Shown one piece after another: positions 1-9,487 of a stretch of DNA of 64,000 nucleotides (within the stretch, counting starts at the first letter, position 1; each line of letters starts with the position of its first letter). A model generated the notes under the pieces. The model made no database searches and was not told the origin of the DNA. It saw only the letters and a program-made list of their open reading frames with translations. The position numbers were made by a program, and so were the translations under genes. The stretch is from Escherichia phage vB_EcoM_TU01. The stretch lies in the sequence record MZ560701; one strand, given 5' to 3'.

Positions 1-2214
1 ATGATTATTGAAACGGCTAAAGAAACGATTATTGGNTCAGGCGGTAAGAGCACAGCATTTACTATTCAAGGCAATAGCAAAGTTTATAAGATTTTGTCTA
101 ATGANCTTTATACAAACAAAGAATTGGCTTGTGTACGTGAATTAATCACAAACTGTATCGATGGNCAAATTCTTAATGGTTGCACTGATAAGTTTATTGT
201 TCAGGCTCCAGGTCGTTTAGACCCACGTTTTGTAGTTCGAGACTTTGGTCCTGGTATGAGTGATTTCACCATTCGAGGTAATGACGAAGAGCCAGGAATC
301 TATAACTCATATTTTGCTTCAACTAAAACATCGAGTAACGATTTCATTGGTGGATTCGGACTCGGCTCTAAAGCTCCATTAGCATATACTGATACGTTTA
401 ACCTTACGTCTTATCACAANGGNGAAGTTCGTGGTTATGTAATTTATCAAGATGACAGTGGTCCACAGATTAAGCCAACCTTCGTAGATAAGATGGGTCC
501 TGATGACCGGACCGGCGTTGAAGTAGTTGTGCCTGTTAACCCAGAAGATTTTGAAAAGTTCGCATCNGAAATTGCATATGTTATGCGTCCTCTAGGTGAN
601 ATTGCAGAAGTTCGTGGTGTTAAAGATATCAAATACTTTCCTGAATTTGACGATGTATATTTGGCCAAGGAAGCTCCATGGGGTGAACGTGGTAATATCA
701 TGGCTGTTTATGGTGGTATTGTNTATCCAATCGGAAGTGTTATTAAAGAACAAACATGGATGATGACGNGATGCACTACAGCTTATATTAAATTCCCTAT
801 GGGTGAACTAGATGTAGCCCCGTCTCGTGAAGCATTGTCATTTGATAAACGTACAGTAGCAAATATCCATAAACGCGTTGCAGAAATCGATGCTAAATTG
901 TTCGCTGAAGATTCTAAGAAATGGATTGATTGTGAATANCCACGTCATGTGTTCCGTGAAATTGATTCTCTTGGCTATACCGCTCGCAAATACATGGAAA
1001 AGGCTGGGTCTAATATTGAATCNCTGAAATATTCTAAAGAACAACTAACTTATTCTGAGTTGTACAAACGTTTTAAAATGGGTCCCGAATGGTGTAATCT
1101 CGGCGTCGTATACGATATCATTGAAGACCCTCGTCTTCGTCGTATTCGTGAAAGTGGTAGCTCATCTGCAACNATTTCAATTAACAGCCTGATAGGTATN
1201 NNNNNNNNNNNNATTGATATTGTTATTGACGANNNNNNNNNNNNNNNNNNNNNNNNNNNNNNNNNNNNNNNNNNNNNNNNNNNNNNNNNNNNNNNNNNNN
1301 NNNNNNNNNNNNNNNNNNNNNNNNNNNNNNNTAGCGTACTATTCGTTGACCCGGAAGACGAAGATGCAATGAAACTTCTGGAACGATTAAAGGNNNNNNN
1401 NNNNNNNNNNNNNNNNNNNNNNNNNNNNNNNNNNNNNNNNNNNNNNNNNNNNNNNNNNNNNNNNNNNNNNNNNNNNNNNNNNNNNNAGCCTCGTCCTAAA
1501 TCCCCNAGTGCTCATCGGTTCTTTAAGAATGAAAACGATGTTTGGGTATCAGAAGATCTCTTTATTCCGGCGAGTGAAGCTGATGAAATCCAAGGTTATG
1601 CTATAGTTCGTAATCGTTCTAATGCTGAATGTCTTGACGCAGATAAAGGTTGGTTGAACTATGACTCCAATTTCTTGACCCGTATTGCTGATTTGTCAGG
1701 TATTAAAGAGTTCACTGTAGTTCGTCCACAGATTGCTAAGAAAGTTCGTAAACTTGGTGAAGTAGAATGCTTGTTCGAAAAATCAATTAANGACTANATT
1801 ANGCTAATTGATAAAGTGGATTATGATGAGTATGTATCACCAAGTCGTAGAGCACAGCCTTATTTGAATCATATTACTCGTAATGAAGAGCTNAACTTCC
1901 TTAGTAAGTATTTTAGCTCTAAGAACAAAGAAATCAGTAAAGATTTTGCAAAACTTTCAACAGTAAATAATCGTTGGGGATGGAATCGATTCTCAGGTGC
2001 TACTAACANAGANCTGAATAAGAAGTTAGAATTGTGTGCTAAAATTTTCGATAAGCTTAAAGATAATGCTTACGATAATGATGATAAAATGGTTATTGAA
2101 TTTGAAACCAATTATCATATTGTGTCAGAATACATGGGACGACGTGGTACTCTTTCTAAAGAACAGGTCGCTCAAATCGTTAAATTCATGAAGGCCGTGG
2201 AAGCGGCCAAATAA
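1..2214 (+). CDS. rIIA: rIIA protein (GHKL-ATPase-like N-terminal domain)
   Basis: 737-aa ORF; N-terminus and motifs VRELITNxID, [17 protein letters not shown] match T4 rIIA; three N-runs read through in frame. Confidence 0.95.
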   Translation: MIIETAKETIIXSGGKSTAFTIQGNSKVYKILSNXLYTNKELACVRELITNCIDXQILNGCTDKFIVQAPGRLDPRFVVRDFGPGMSDFTIRGNDEEPGIYNSYFASTKTSSNDFIGGFGLGSKAPLAYTDTFNLTSYHXXEVRGYVIYQDDSGPQIKPTFVDKMGPDDRTGVEVVVPVNPEDFEKFAXEIAYVMRPLGXIAEVRGVKDIKYFPEFDDVYLAKEAPWGERGNIMAVYGGIXYPIGSVIKEQTWMMTXCTTAYIKFPMGELDVAPSREALSFDKRTVANIHKRVAEIDAKLFAEDSKKWIDCEXPRHVFREIDSLGYTARKYMEKAGSNIEXLKYSKEQLTYSELYKRFKMGPEWCNLGVVYDIIEDPRLRRIRESGSSSAXISINSLIGXXXXXIDIVIDXXXXXXXXXXXXXXXXXXXXXXXXXXXXXXXXXXSVLFVDPEDEDAMKLLERLKXXXXXXXXXXXXXXXXXXXXXXXXXXXXXXXXPRPKSXSAHRFFKNENDVWVSEDLFIPASEADEIQGYAIVRNRSNAECLDADKGWLNYDSNFLTRIADLSGIKEFTVVRPQIAKKVRKLGEVECLFEKSIXDXIXLIDKVDYDEYVSPSRRAQPYLNHITRNEEXNFLSKYFSSKNKEISKDFAKLSTVNNRWGWNRFSGATNXXLNKKLELCAKIFDKLKDNAYDNDDKMVIEFETNYHIVSEYMGRRGTLSKEQVAQIVKFMKAVEAAK

Positions 2215-2223
2215 GGAAACATT

Positions 2224-3171
2224 ATGTACAATATCAAATGCTTGTCCCAAGAAGAACAGTTAGAAGCTTACGACCTGGTNAAATCAGGCAAATGGACCCG
2301 TAAAGAAATTGCCGATTACTTCGACATTTCAACAGATACTCTTCGTAAGATTGTTAAGAATTTTAAAGCTGAAGGNNNNNNNNNNNNNNNNNNNNNNNNN
2401 NNNNNNNNNNNCGAAGAAGTCCCAGAAAATGATGAACCTATTATCGGCGGACATCGTCCAGAAATCGTATGGAACGCGTCATCTAAATTTATTTCAATCA
2501 TTGAAGGACGCGTAGCATANAATGCGACCCCATCAAGTCATGCAAATTTTGAAGAAATTAAAGCTAATTTGGTCGCAGGAAACCTTAGTAAAGCTGTCGA
2601 ACTTATTAACATCAAGAAAGCTATTACTAAGTTTGTTGANGGTAATGTTACTATTGAAGGTGGTAGTTTATTTTATCAAGGTATAGAGATTCGTTCAGGA
2701 CTGGTTAATCGTATTATTGATTCNATGGAAAAAGGCGAAGACTTTAAATTCTATCTGCCATTCCTTGAAAACCTGTTAGAAAACCCAAGNGAAAAAGCTG
2801 TACAACGTTTATTCGACTTCTTGGTTGCAAACGATATTGAAATCACTGAAGATGGTCATTTCTATGCGTGGAAAGTAGTTCGTAAGGACTATTTAGACTG
2901 CTATAGTGGTACATTTGATAACTCCCCAGGTAAAGTTGTTTCAATGCCTCGTACTCGAGTTAACGACGATGATACACAAACCTGTTCNCGNGGTCTNCAN
3001 GTTTGTGCTAAATCTTATATTCGTTACTTTGGTTCTAGCTCAGATAAAGTTGTTAAGGTTAAAGTTCATCCACGTGATGTTGTATCCATCCCGGTTGACT
3101 ATGGTGATGCTAAGATGCGTACATGTCGTTATGAAGTAATTTCAGACGTTACTGAATTGTTTGCAGAATAA
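2224..3171 (+). CDS. rIIB: rIIB protein
   Basis: 315-aa ORF immediately downstream of rIIA; size and sequence match T4 rIIB (312 aa). Confidence 0.93.
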   Translation: MYNIKCLSQEEQLEAYDLXKSGKWTRKEIADYFDISTDTLRKIVKNFKAEXXXXXXXXXXXXXEEVPENDEPIIGGHRPEIVWNASSKFISIIEGRVAXNATPSSHANFEEIKANLVAGNLSKAVELINIKKAITKFVXGNVTIEGGSLFYQGIEIRSGLVNRIIDXMEKGEDFKFYLPFLENLLENPXEKAVQRLFDFLVANDIEITEDGHFYAWKVVRKDYLDCYSGTFDNSPGKVVSMPRTRVNDDDTQTCXXGXXVCAKSYIRYFGSSSDKVVKVKVHPRDVVSIPVDYGDAKMRTCRYEVISDVTELFAE

Positions 3172-3176
3172 TAATT

Positions 3177-3199
3177 GGGGACTTCGGTCCCCTTTTTTT
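3177..3199 (+). terminator. intrinsic terminator after rIIB
   Basis: GGGGAC-TTCG-GTCCCC hairpin followed by T7. Confidence 0.8.
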
Positions 3200-3213
3200 C
3201 TTTAGGGGTAATT

Positions 3214-3501
3214 ATGATTCATCCATTTGACGTATCAGAATCCAAAATTGCTAATCTTCGTGGTCATCATAAGTGTAAATCAGTTTATTGCGCTAAATTG
3301 GTAAAACATCCTGGNGATGCACACTACGGCTGGTTAGAATGNGACGAAGTTGTTATTGAAATCCCACCGGTAGATGCAGAATATCTTGAAGAAGGAGACC
3401 GCATTTATTTTGGCGAACTACACATCAGAGGTATCTATGGTAAAGACGAACTTGGGACTGTTGAGACTGAAGAATCTTCCGACATTTATCCTGTCGAATG
3501 A
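3214..3501 (+). CDS. hypothetical acidic protein
   Basis: ATG 9 nt after AGGGG RBS, just downstream of the rIIB terminator; 95 aa; no recognised domain. Confidence 0.5.
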   Translation: MIHPFDVSESKIANLRGHHKCKSVYCAKLVKHPXDAHYGWLEXDEVVIEIPPVDAEYLEEGDRIYFGELHIRGIYGKDELGTVETEESSDIYPVE

Positions 3502-3994
3502 GTTTTTGACTAGTGAAATGAAGGTGAAGATTGCTGACACTGCTCGGTATTCCCTGAGCCAAAATCCTGACCAAAACAAAGAAGANGTAGTTCGACGTTG
3601 TAAGGTTGCGGTCTTTGCAGAGTATGTAGTAGCAAATTGGNTAGACGGATATGTTAATAAAGGTATTGAAGACGTAGAAGACCCGTACACGTATGCATGG
3701 GACGTGTTAGCCCATCCCAAGTATTGTGGAATTCGNGTAGAAGTCAAGACACANCAGATAGATTCTAAATGGATTTCGGTTACCACAGGATACAGTGGTG
3801 ATTATCCGGGTGGTAATGGAATCAATATAGGNCCCTTCTTGAACCATCGAGTCGCAGATTGCATTATTATATTAGATGTCAAAGAAACCTCACCTGACGT
3901 CTTCTCTTATTCTATAAAGTTTGTGGGAGACCATGAAGACCTAAAGAAAATCGTCCGCAAGAGCAACTACAACGGGTGGTATCTTCAACTTTAA
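3437..3994 (+). CDS. putative nuclease at the denB (endonuclease IV) position
   Basis: ORF between rIIB and ndd; start at 3437 (AGAGG RBS) gives 185 aa, the T4 denB length; alternative start 3518; D..E.K-like motif; identity positional, sequence not recalled. Confidence 0.4.
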   Translation: MVKTNLGLLRLKNLPTFILSNEFLTSEMKVKIADTARYSLSQNPDQNKEXVVRRCKVAVFAEYVVANWXDGYVNKGIEDVEDPYTYAWDVLAHPKYCGIXVEVKTXQIDSKWISVTTGYSGDYPGGNGINIXPFLNHRVADCIIILDVKETSPDVFSYSIKFVGDHEDLKKIVRKSNYNGWYLQL

Positions 3995-4006
3995 TTTCAT
4001 AAAAGT

Positions 4007-4036
4007 GTTTACAACTAAGTAGGACTATGATATAGT
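4007..4036 (+). promoter_or_regulatory. T4-type early promoter
   Basis: GTTTAC, 18 bp, TGaTATAGT; -10 enclosed by inverted repeat AGGACTA/TAGTCCT. Confidence 0.65.
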
Positions 4037-4062
4037 AGTCCTATCTAAAAGAGGATAACATC

Positions 4063-4326
4063 ATGAAATTTAAATTTTTCTACGCAAAACATAAAGTAAC
4101 AGGCGAATTTGTTTCAATGTACAACACTGCAGATGACGAAGGGATGATTTATACCCATTTGGGTCTATCTCATTGGGACTCAGACGTGCCTTATATGTCA
4201 TCTGAAGCNGAAATAACTCGTCTGGTTAATGGACATATGAANGACCATTTTGGTGTTATTCTTTCTAAAGACCTTAAAGAGGTTATCAACAAAGGATATA
4301 TGGAACTCGCGGAAGTTGAGATATGA
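4063..4326 (+). CDS. hypothetical protein
   Basis: 87-aa ORF with GAGGA RBS, downstream of an early promoter. Confidence 0.6.
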   Translation: MKFKFFYAKHKVTGEFVSMYNTADDEGMIYTHLGLSHWDSDVPYMSSEXEITRLVNGHMXDHFGVILSKDLKEVINKGYMELAEVEI

Positions 4327-4518
4327 GCTCTAAAATGTGGATCGGAATATGGTTGCTTAGTATCCCAATGATTTGTATAATATTTTCAATTGTGTTGAGG
4401 TACTTATGAAAAATGCACTTNTTATTGTACTAAGAACAATTTGTGATACGGGTTTTTACATTGCATGTTCGTTCACTGGAACATGGTTGGCTTTAACATA
4501 TTTTAATGTAATTTAATT

Positions 4519-4548
4519 GTTTACANCAAGGTAGGATTATGGTATAGT
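4519..4548 (+). promoter_or_regulatory. T4-type early promoter
   Basis: GTTTAC, 18 bp, TGgTATAGT; flanking inverted repeat GTAGGA/TCCTAC. Confidence 0.65.
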
Positions 4549-4576
4549 AGTCCTACTGAAACACGAGGAACACAAA

Positions 4577-4777
4577 ATGGCTAAGCTTTTTAAAGATGTT
4601 GAAATTGGTGAAAAATTTGTTCTGAATAATGGTCAGCAGCTTATTCGTGTAGCTTCTATCGCCGGACAAACTCATAACTGTATCGCCCCAACGTGTTGGA
4701 CTCGATTCTTTATTGAAGATGACACTGAATGTTTAACTGTTGAAGAGCTTTTTGAACGTTCTGATATAGCCGAATAA
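4577..4777 (+). CDS. hypothetical protein
   Basis: 66-aa ORF with GAGGAA RBS, downstream of an early promoter. Confidence 0.6.
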   Translation: MAKLFKDVEIGEKFVLNNGQQLIRVASIAGQTHNCIAPTCWTRFFIEDDTECLTVEELFERSDIAE

Positions 4778-4779
4778 AA

Positions 4780-4809
4780 TTGTACAAACTCTTGAGAGCA
4801 GAGTATAAT
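4780..4809 (+). promoter_or_regulatory. early promoter upstream of ndd
   Basis: TTGTAC, 18 bp, TATAAT; -10 enclosed by GAGAGCA/TGCTCTC. Confidence 0.6.
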
Positions 4810-4853
4810 GCTCTCATGGATTACAAAAACATTAATCAATTGAGGAAATTAGC

Positions 4854-5300
4854 ATGTCCAAATATTTAACTCGTAAAGACCTTCTGGCAGTTGGNGGTGA
4901 AGTTGTTGCAGTAGTTCGTAATGGCGAATACGGTTCNGAAGTTTCTAAAGAGTTTCGTTCTCGTGAAGGTTTTTACTTCTTTGTTAAAGGTTCATCTGAT
5001 TGGCGACAAGTAGCAGCACGATTCTTTGTAGGACGTCAACGTTCTAAACAAGGGTTGGATGCAATTCTTTCTCACATTCGTCAAGGCCGTTCGCAACTAG
5101 CCCGTACCATGGGCACTAACAATATTGAATATGATGTAATCTTTGTTGCAGCTAAGAACATGAAACCCCTGACTACTGGTTATGGTAAAGGACAATTGGC
5201 TCTGGCATTCACTCGCAATCATACATCAGAATATCAAACACTCACTGAAATGAACCGTCTTCTGGCAGATAATTTCAAATTCATTCTGCAGAGTTACTAA
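4854..5300 (+). CDS. ndd: nucleoid disruption protein Ndd
   Basis: 148 aa; motifs [60 protein letters not shown] match T4 Ndd. Confidence 0.93.
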   Translation: MSKYLTRKDLLAVXGEVVAVVRNGEYGXEVSKEFRSREGFYFFVKGSSDWRQVAARFFVGRQRSKQGLDAILSHIRQGRSQLARTMGTNNIEYDVIFVAAKNMKPLTTGYGKGQLALAFTRNHTSEYQTLTEMNRLLADNFKFILQSY

Positions 5301-5352
5301 TTTATANGGGCCTATTAAGTTNNGCNTNTAATTTATTTGTGAGGTAATTAAA

Positions 5353-5499
5353 ATGGTAGCATGGATTATTGCATTACTGTGTTGGTCGTTTTTATTCGTT
5401 AACACTTTAGTTACAGGCGAAACAACAGTATTTCAACAGGCGGTGTCACAAGGTACCTTAGCGGTCTTAGCTCTTCTTAACGTGTTAAAAGGCGAGTAA
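5353..5499 (+). CDS. ac: small membrane protein, acridine-resistance (Ac)-like
   Basis: 48-aa hydrophobic ORF (MVAWIIALLCWSFLFV...) with GAGG RBS at the T4 ac position between ndd and 52. Confidence 0.5.
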   Translation: MVAWIIALLCWSFLFVNTLVTGETTVFQQAVSQGTLAVLALLNVLKGE

Positions 5500-5639
5500 T
5501 GATTAAGAAAATCTTAGCAGGAGCCTTCGGGCTCTTGTTGTTGCTTACGGTTCTGTACTATGGTGTGATGTTTGGACTAATCCAAGTAGTGCTTTTCATT
5601 TCAGATGTTATAATGGTTATTCGTTCATTAATATGGTGA
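5499..5639 (+). CDS. small two-helix membrane protein
   Basis: 46-aa hydrophobic ORF; start overlaps previous stop (TAATG); ends 4 nt before gene 52. Confidence 0.4.
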   Translation: MIKKILAGAFGLLLLLTVLYYGVMFGLIQVVLFISDVIMVIRSLIW

Positions 5640-5643
5640 AAAT

Positions 5644-6969
5644 ATGCAATTGAATTCTCGTAATCTAAAAAGTATTATTGATAACGAAGCCTTAGCATAT
5701 GCAATGTACACCGTTGAAAACCGTGCAATCCCAAACATGATTGATGGATTTAAGCCGGTTCAACGTTTTGTGGTTCATCGTGCATTAGATTTGGCTCGTG
5801 GTAATAAAGAAAAATTTCATAAACTTGCGTCAATTGCAGGCGGTGTTGCAGATTTAGGTTATCACCATGGTGAATCTTCTGCACAAGATGCAGGTGCATT
5901 GATGGCTAACACATGGAACAACAACTATCCACTGTTAGATGGCCAAGGCAACTTTGGTTCTNGAACAGTCCAAAAAGCTGCAGCATCTCGTTATATTTTT
6001 GCTCGTGTAAGTAAAAATTTCTATAACGTATATAAAGATACTGAATATGCTCCAGCTCATGAAGATAAAGAACACATTCCACCAAAATTCTATCTTCCTA
6101 TTATTCCGACAGTTCTTTTGAATGGCGTCTCTGGTATTGCAACCGGTTACGCAACAAATATTCTGCCTCATAGTTTTAAATCAGTCAAAAAGGCTGTATT
6201 ACAAGCTCTTCAAGGTAAAAATGTCACTAAGCCAAAAGTTGAATTCCCGGAATTCCGTGGTGAAGTNCATGAAGTTGATGGGCGTTATGAGATTCACGGA
6301 ACATATAAGTTCACATCTCGCACTCAAATGCAGATAACTGAAATCCCATATAAATTCGACCGTGAAACGTATGTGAGTAAGGTTCTTGACCCATTGGAAG
6401 ACAAAGGTCTAATCTCATGGGAAGATGATTGCGGTGAACACGGCTTTGGGTTTAAGGTGAAGTTCCGTAAAGAGTACTCGCTTCCTGATGATGAAGAGCT
6501 ACGTCATGAAAAAATCATGAAAGATTTTAGTCTCATCGAACGTCGTTCACAAAACATCACAGTGATTAATGAAAAGGGTAAATTAGCGGTCTATGATAAC
6601 GTAGTGGACTTAATCAAAGATTTTGTTGAAGTCCGTAAGACTTACGTTCAGAAACGTATTGACAACAAAATCCTTGAATCTGAAAAAGCATTTAAACTTG
6701 CTTTTGCTAAGGCACACTTCATCAAAAAAGTTATNACAGGTGAAATTGTGATTCAGGGCAAGACTCGTAAAGCTTTGACTGAAGAGCTAGCACAAATCGA
6801 AATGTATAAAGAACATGTCGATAAACTGGTAGGTCTTAACATCTTCCATATCACTTCCGACGAAGCACGTAAACTAGCAGAAGAAGCTAAAGCTAAGAAA
6901 GAAGAAAATGAGTATTGGAAGTCTACTGATGTTGTGACAGAGTACACTAAAGACTTGGAGGCACTTTGA
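5644..6969 (+). CDS. 52: DNA topoisomerase II medium subunit
   Basis: 441 aa; GyrA/ParC-like N-terminal region (NMIDGFKPVQRFVVH, GNFGS) matching T4 gp52 (442 aa). Confidence 0.95.
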   Translation: MQLNSRNLKSIIDNEALAYAMYTVENRAIPNMIDGFKPVQRFVVHRALDLARGNKEKFHKLASIAGGVADLGYHHGESSAQDAGALMANTWNNNYPLLDGQGNFGSXTVQKAAASRYIFARVSKNFYNVYKDTEYAPAHEDKEHIPPKFYLPIIPTVLLNGVSGIATGYATNILPHSFKSVKKAVLQALQGKNVTKPKVEFPEFRGEXHEVDGRYEIHGTYKFTSRTQMQITEIPYKFDRETYVSKVLDPLEDKGLISWEDDCGEHGFGFKVKFRKEYSLPDDEELRHEKIMKDFSLIERRSQNITVINEKGKLAVYDNVVDLIKDFVEVRKTYVQKRIDNKILESEKAFKLAFAKAHFIKKVXTGEIVIQGKTRKALTEELAQIEMYKEHVDKLVGLNIFHITSDEARKLAEEAKAKKEENEYWKSTDVVTEYTKDLEAL

Positions 6970-7045
6970 GTGCCCTGGCCTTAGGATTTCTCGGTGCAAT
7001 AGCTGCACTAGTGATTTGGCTGTATTGGTTGGACAAACATGATTA

Positions 7046-7066
7046 GGGAGCCGAAGCTCCCTTTGT
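7046..7066 (+). terminator. intrinsic terminator after gene 52
   Basis: GGGAGC-CGAA-GCTCCC hairpin then T-rich tract. Confidence 0.7.
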
Positions 7067-7087
7067 GCATTTTTTNCTCACAAAACA

Positions 7088-7116
7088 GTTTACATGTGCT
7101 TCAAACATGATAGTAT
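7088..7116 (+). promoter_or_regulatory. early/middle promoter (copy A of motA promoter cassette)
   Basis: GTTTAC plus MotA-box-like TGCTTCA then TAGTAT; part of a ~70-bp direct repeat. Confidence 0.6.
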
Positions 7117-7160
7117 AGACCTATCAAAACAAAACAACCAAATTGGAGAAATAAAATGTC
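7088..7160 (+). repeat. direct repeat copy A (promoter, leader, RBS, ATGTCTAAA)
   Basis: about 70 bp, over 90% identical to 7410..7480. Confidence 0.85.
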
Positions 7161-7371
7161 TAAANTGAAATTAACCCAAAACACAACTACTCGTTTCGGT
7201 AAAGTTAAACCTGGTATGAATGCTCCACGTAAAGCACTTGTTGAAGAATTAAATTTCTTAGAAGTTGAAATCAATTCTTTAGTGGTTCGCGGTTCAAATG
7301 GACATCATTTAGAAAAGCTTCGTTCTAAAAAGGCAAAACTTATTAGCCTTATTAAAGAAATGAGTTTGTAA
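7156..7371 (+). CDS. hypothetical basic protein
   Basis: 71-aa ORF preceded by a near-exact copy of the motA promoter, leader, RBS and ATGTCTAAA start. Confidence 0.6.
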   Translation: MSKXKLTQNTTTRFGKVKPGMNAPRKALVEELNFLEVEINSLVVRGSNGHHLEKLRSKKAKLISLIKEMSL

Positions 7372-7409
7372 ATTTTACCAGGGCTTTTGGAAAAAGAGCC
7401 CAAAATAAA

Positions 7410-7439
7410 GTTTACTTTTGCTTCAAACATGATAGTATA
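7410..7439 (+). promoter_or_regulatory. early/middle promoter of motA (copy B)
   Basis: GTTTAC plus TTGCTTCA then TAGTAT, 36 nt upstream of motA ATG. Confidence 0.65.
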
Positions 7440-7480
7440 GACCTATCAAAACAAATACNAATTTGGAGAAATAAAATGTC
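7410..7480 (+). repeat. direct repeat copy B (motA promoter, leader, start)
   Basis: about 70 bp, over 90% identical to 7088..7160. Confidence 0.85.
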
Positions 7481-8108
7481 TAAAGTTACTTACATCATCA
7501 AAGCTTCCGAAAACGCTCTGAATGAAAAAACTGCTGCAATAATGGTTTATATCATTAAGAACAACTTCACCACTGCTGCCAATGTCCGTGAAGCTCTGGA
7601 AGCGGAATACAATGCATCGGTTGTTAACTCTAACATTGGTGTATTGATTAAGAAAGGTTTAGTCGAAAAATCTGGTGACGGACTTATAGCAACAGGTGAA
7701 GCAATGGATATTATCCAAAAAGCTGCAGACCTATTTGCTCAAGAAAATGCTCCAGAACTTCTTCAGAAACGTAACACCAGAAAAGCACGTGGAGTTACTC
7801 CTGAAATGCATGAACTAGCAAACTTTGTTTTTGAAAATATTAAAGATAAAGTTGAAGTTAAAGAAATTGGTGAAAACCGTAGTAACTTGGAAGTTCGATT
7901 TGCAAAACGAGTTCTAGGTATTCGTCAGATCGAAATTCGTCGAGATGGCGCTCTTAGAATCTTTGCATACAACATGACAGAAACTGAATCAAAGCTGTTT
8001 ACTTCTCTTGAAAATGATGTTAAGATTAAGATCGGTGGTAAATATACCTACATTGACTTCCCTAATGTTTCCAAAGAAATCATTACCCTTGTAACTAACG
8101 TACTGTGA
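7476..8108 (+). CDS. motA: middle-transcription activator MotA
   Basis: 210 aa; MSKVTYIIKAS..., NIGVLIKKGLVEKSGDGLI, QENAPELL match T4 MotA (211 aa). Confidence 0.95.
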   Translation: MSKVTYIIKASENALNEKTAAIMVYIIKNNFTTAANVREALEAEYNASVVNSNIGVLIKKGLVEKSGDGLIATGEAMDIIQKAADLFAQENAPELLQKRNTRKARGVTPEMHELANFVFENIKDKVEVKEIGENRSNLEVRFAKRVLGIRQIEIRRDGALRIFAYNMTETESKLFTSLENDVKIKIGGKYTYIDFPNVSKEIITLVTNVL

Positions 8109-8118
8109 GGAATACATA

Positions 8119-8463
8119 ATGAATAAGCTGAATATTATTAACGAACTTCGTAAATGTGCAGAACCTACTCAGGAAGGATGGGATATTTGGTACCATGGAG
8201 CTTATCTTGGAACTATCGTTAAAGTTAGAGCTGGGTTATATTTAATTATTCGCGAAAATTCCGAATTCCCTAATGGAGTAGCTCCTGGTGGTATACGTAA
8301 AAACTTTATGGCAGCGATCAGTTCATTTGTTGATGCAGCTTGCGAAATCTATAAAGAAGATTATAAAGAATATCAGCAGTCACAACCGGTTATTCGTTCA
8401 ATTGGTGTTAACAAAGCTCAGCAGAAAACTTTGTGGCAACGTATTAAAGGATGGTTTAAATGA
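8119..8463 (+). CDS. hypothetical protein
   Basis: 114-aa ORF in the motA-asiA variable block. Confidence 0.65.
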   Translation: MNKLNIINELRKCAEPTQEGWDIWYHGAYLGTIVKVRAGLYLIIRENSEFPNGVAPGGIRKNFMAAISSFVDAACEIYKEDYKEYQQSQPVIRSIGVNKAQQKTLWQRIKGWFK

Positions 8464-8921
8464 AAACTTTTAAAGAACGTTTAGCTCTGTTAGATAAAGC
8501 TTTGTCGCGTGAGACTCCGGAAAGTCTGGCTGCTAAATTAGCTTCTTACGGTGGTGAATATACAGAACAAAATGTTTTAGATGAAGTTCCTGAAATCTGT
8601 TGGCAGACTCTGTATTGGGATGAAAACCAAAAGTATCAACGACGAATTGTCTGCGCAGCCAACCGTTTTAAATTAAAAGATGGACGAACTCTTATTATTC
8701 CAGGTGCTCGTCATTATTCTAAAGATATGGCAGAAGTTTTAGATGTAGTTAAACCTCAATTAGTTACTCAACAAGTTTGTGATGATGACCAAGGGTTTAT
8801 TGACCAATATAGTAATTATTGGACACGTGAAGAAGCAATGATTATTGCAACTTACGCTGGACAAGTACGTATTGAACGTGGTGGCAATGAAAAAGAACTT
8901 TACTCTGAGGACCTTTACTAA
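8460..8921 (+). CDS. hypothetical protein
   Basis: 153-aa ORF, overlapping start/stop with neighbours; no confident domain. Confidence 0.65.
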   Translation: MKTFKERLALLDKALSRETPESLAAKLASYGGEYTEQNVLDEVPEICWQTLYWDENQKYQRRIVCAANRFKLKDGRTLIIPGARHYSKDMAEVLDVVKPQLVTQQVCDDDQGFIDQYSNYWTREEAMIIATYAGQVRIERGGNEKELYSEDLY

Positions 8922-9202
8922 TGAATCTTAAACAACTCCAGATTGATGCTATTGAAGCCCACATTAATCATATCAAACGCCTGAATGCTATGATGGAAGA
9001 AAATTATGGTATGTATGCTAATCAGCCTGGTTGGGACGCTTTAGACCATCCTTATTTGGTCAATTTATGTAAAGGTGATACGTTAGCAATTATTCGTGAC
9101 GGGTTAAAACCTTTCTTGCGTGACATGTATATTAAAATGAACGAAGAAATTATTAGCTCGTTGCAATATCAATTAAGGAAATTAGACGATGAGAATAATT
9201 GA
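8921..9202 (+). CDS. hypothetical protein (T4 arn-region size class)
   Basis: 93-aa ORF, start overlaps previous stop. Confidence 0.6.
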   Translation: MNLKQLQIDAIEAHINHIKRLNAMMEENYGMYANQPGWDALDHPYLVNLCKGDTLAIIRDGLKPFLRDMYIKMNEEIISSLQYQLRKLDDENN

Positions 9203-9404
9203 TTCTAAAGCAGATTATTTTAATTCTGTTAATGATAAGAATAAAGCTTTAATTCGCCACTTTATTACTGAGATGGGATATACCGACTCTAAAGATTTGA
9301 AAGAGCATATTATCGAATGTTCTGTGGCTAAAAAGTTTTCTTTCACTGATAAATGTTTAAACGAGGTTATAAAGCATTATGAACAATCTTGTAGCAAAAC
9401 ATGA
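9189..9404 (+). CDS. hypothetical protein
   Basis: 71-aa ORF. Confidence 0.55.
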   Translation: MRIIDSKADYFNSVNDKNKALIRHFITEMGYTDSKDLKEHIIECSVAKKFSFTDKCLNEVIKHYEQSCSKT

Positions 9405-9487
9405 TTTCAATAAGGCTTCCGTCCATAAGGACAAGAAGAAATCAGAACTTCAATCTAAACGTAAACAAAAACATAAGGGTAAAGACT

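Noticed and set aside
1200-1486. Runs of N (also 2377..2411, 12845..12860, 26163..26244, 29464..29543, 40676..40707) and scattered single N positions
   Set aside because: Treated as masking or low-quality positions; flanking ORFs stay in frame across them, so they are not introns, gaps of biological meaning or insertions.
3374-3994. 206-aa ORF start at 3374 as given in the ORF track
   Set aside because: That start lies deep inside the upstream ORF with no RBS; internal starts at 3437 or 3518 are better supported.
7381-7401. GGGCTTTTGGAAAAAGAGCCC as a terminator between the 71-aa ORF and motA
   Set aside because: Stem is imperfect with a long loop and no following U-run; at most a weak structure, not annotated.
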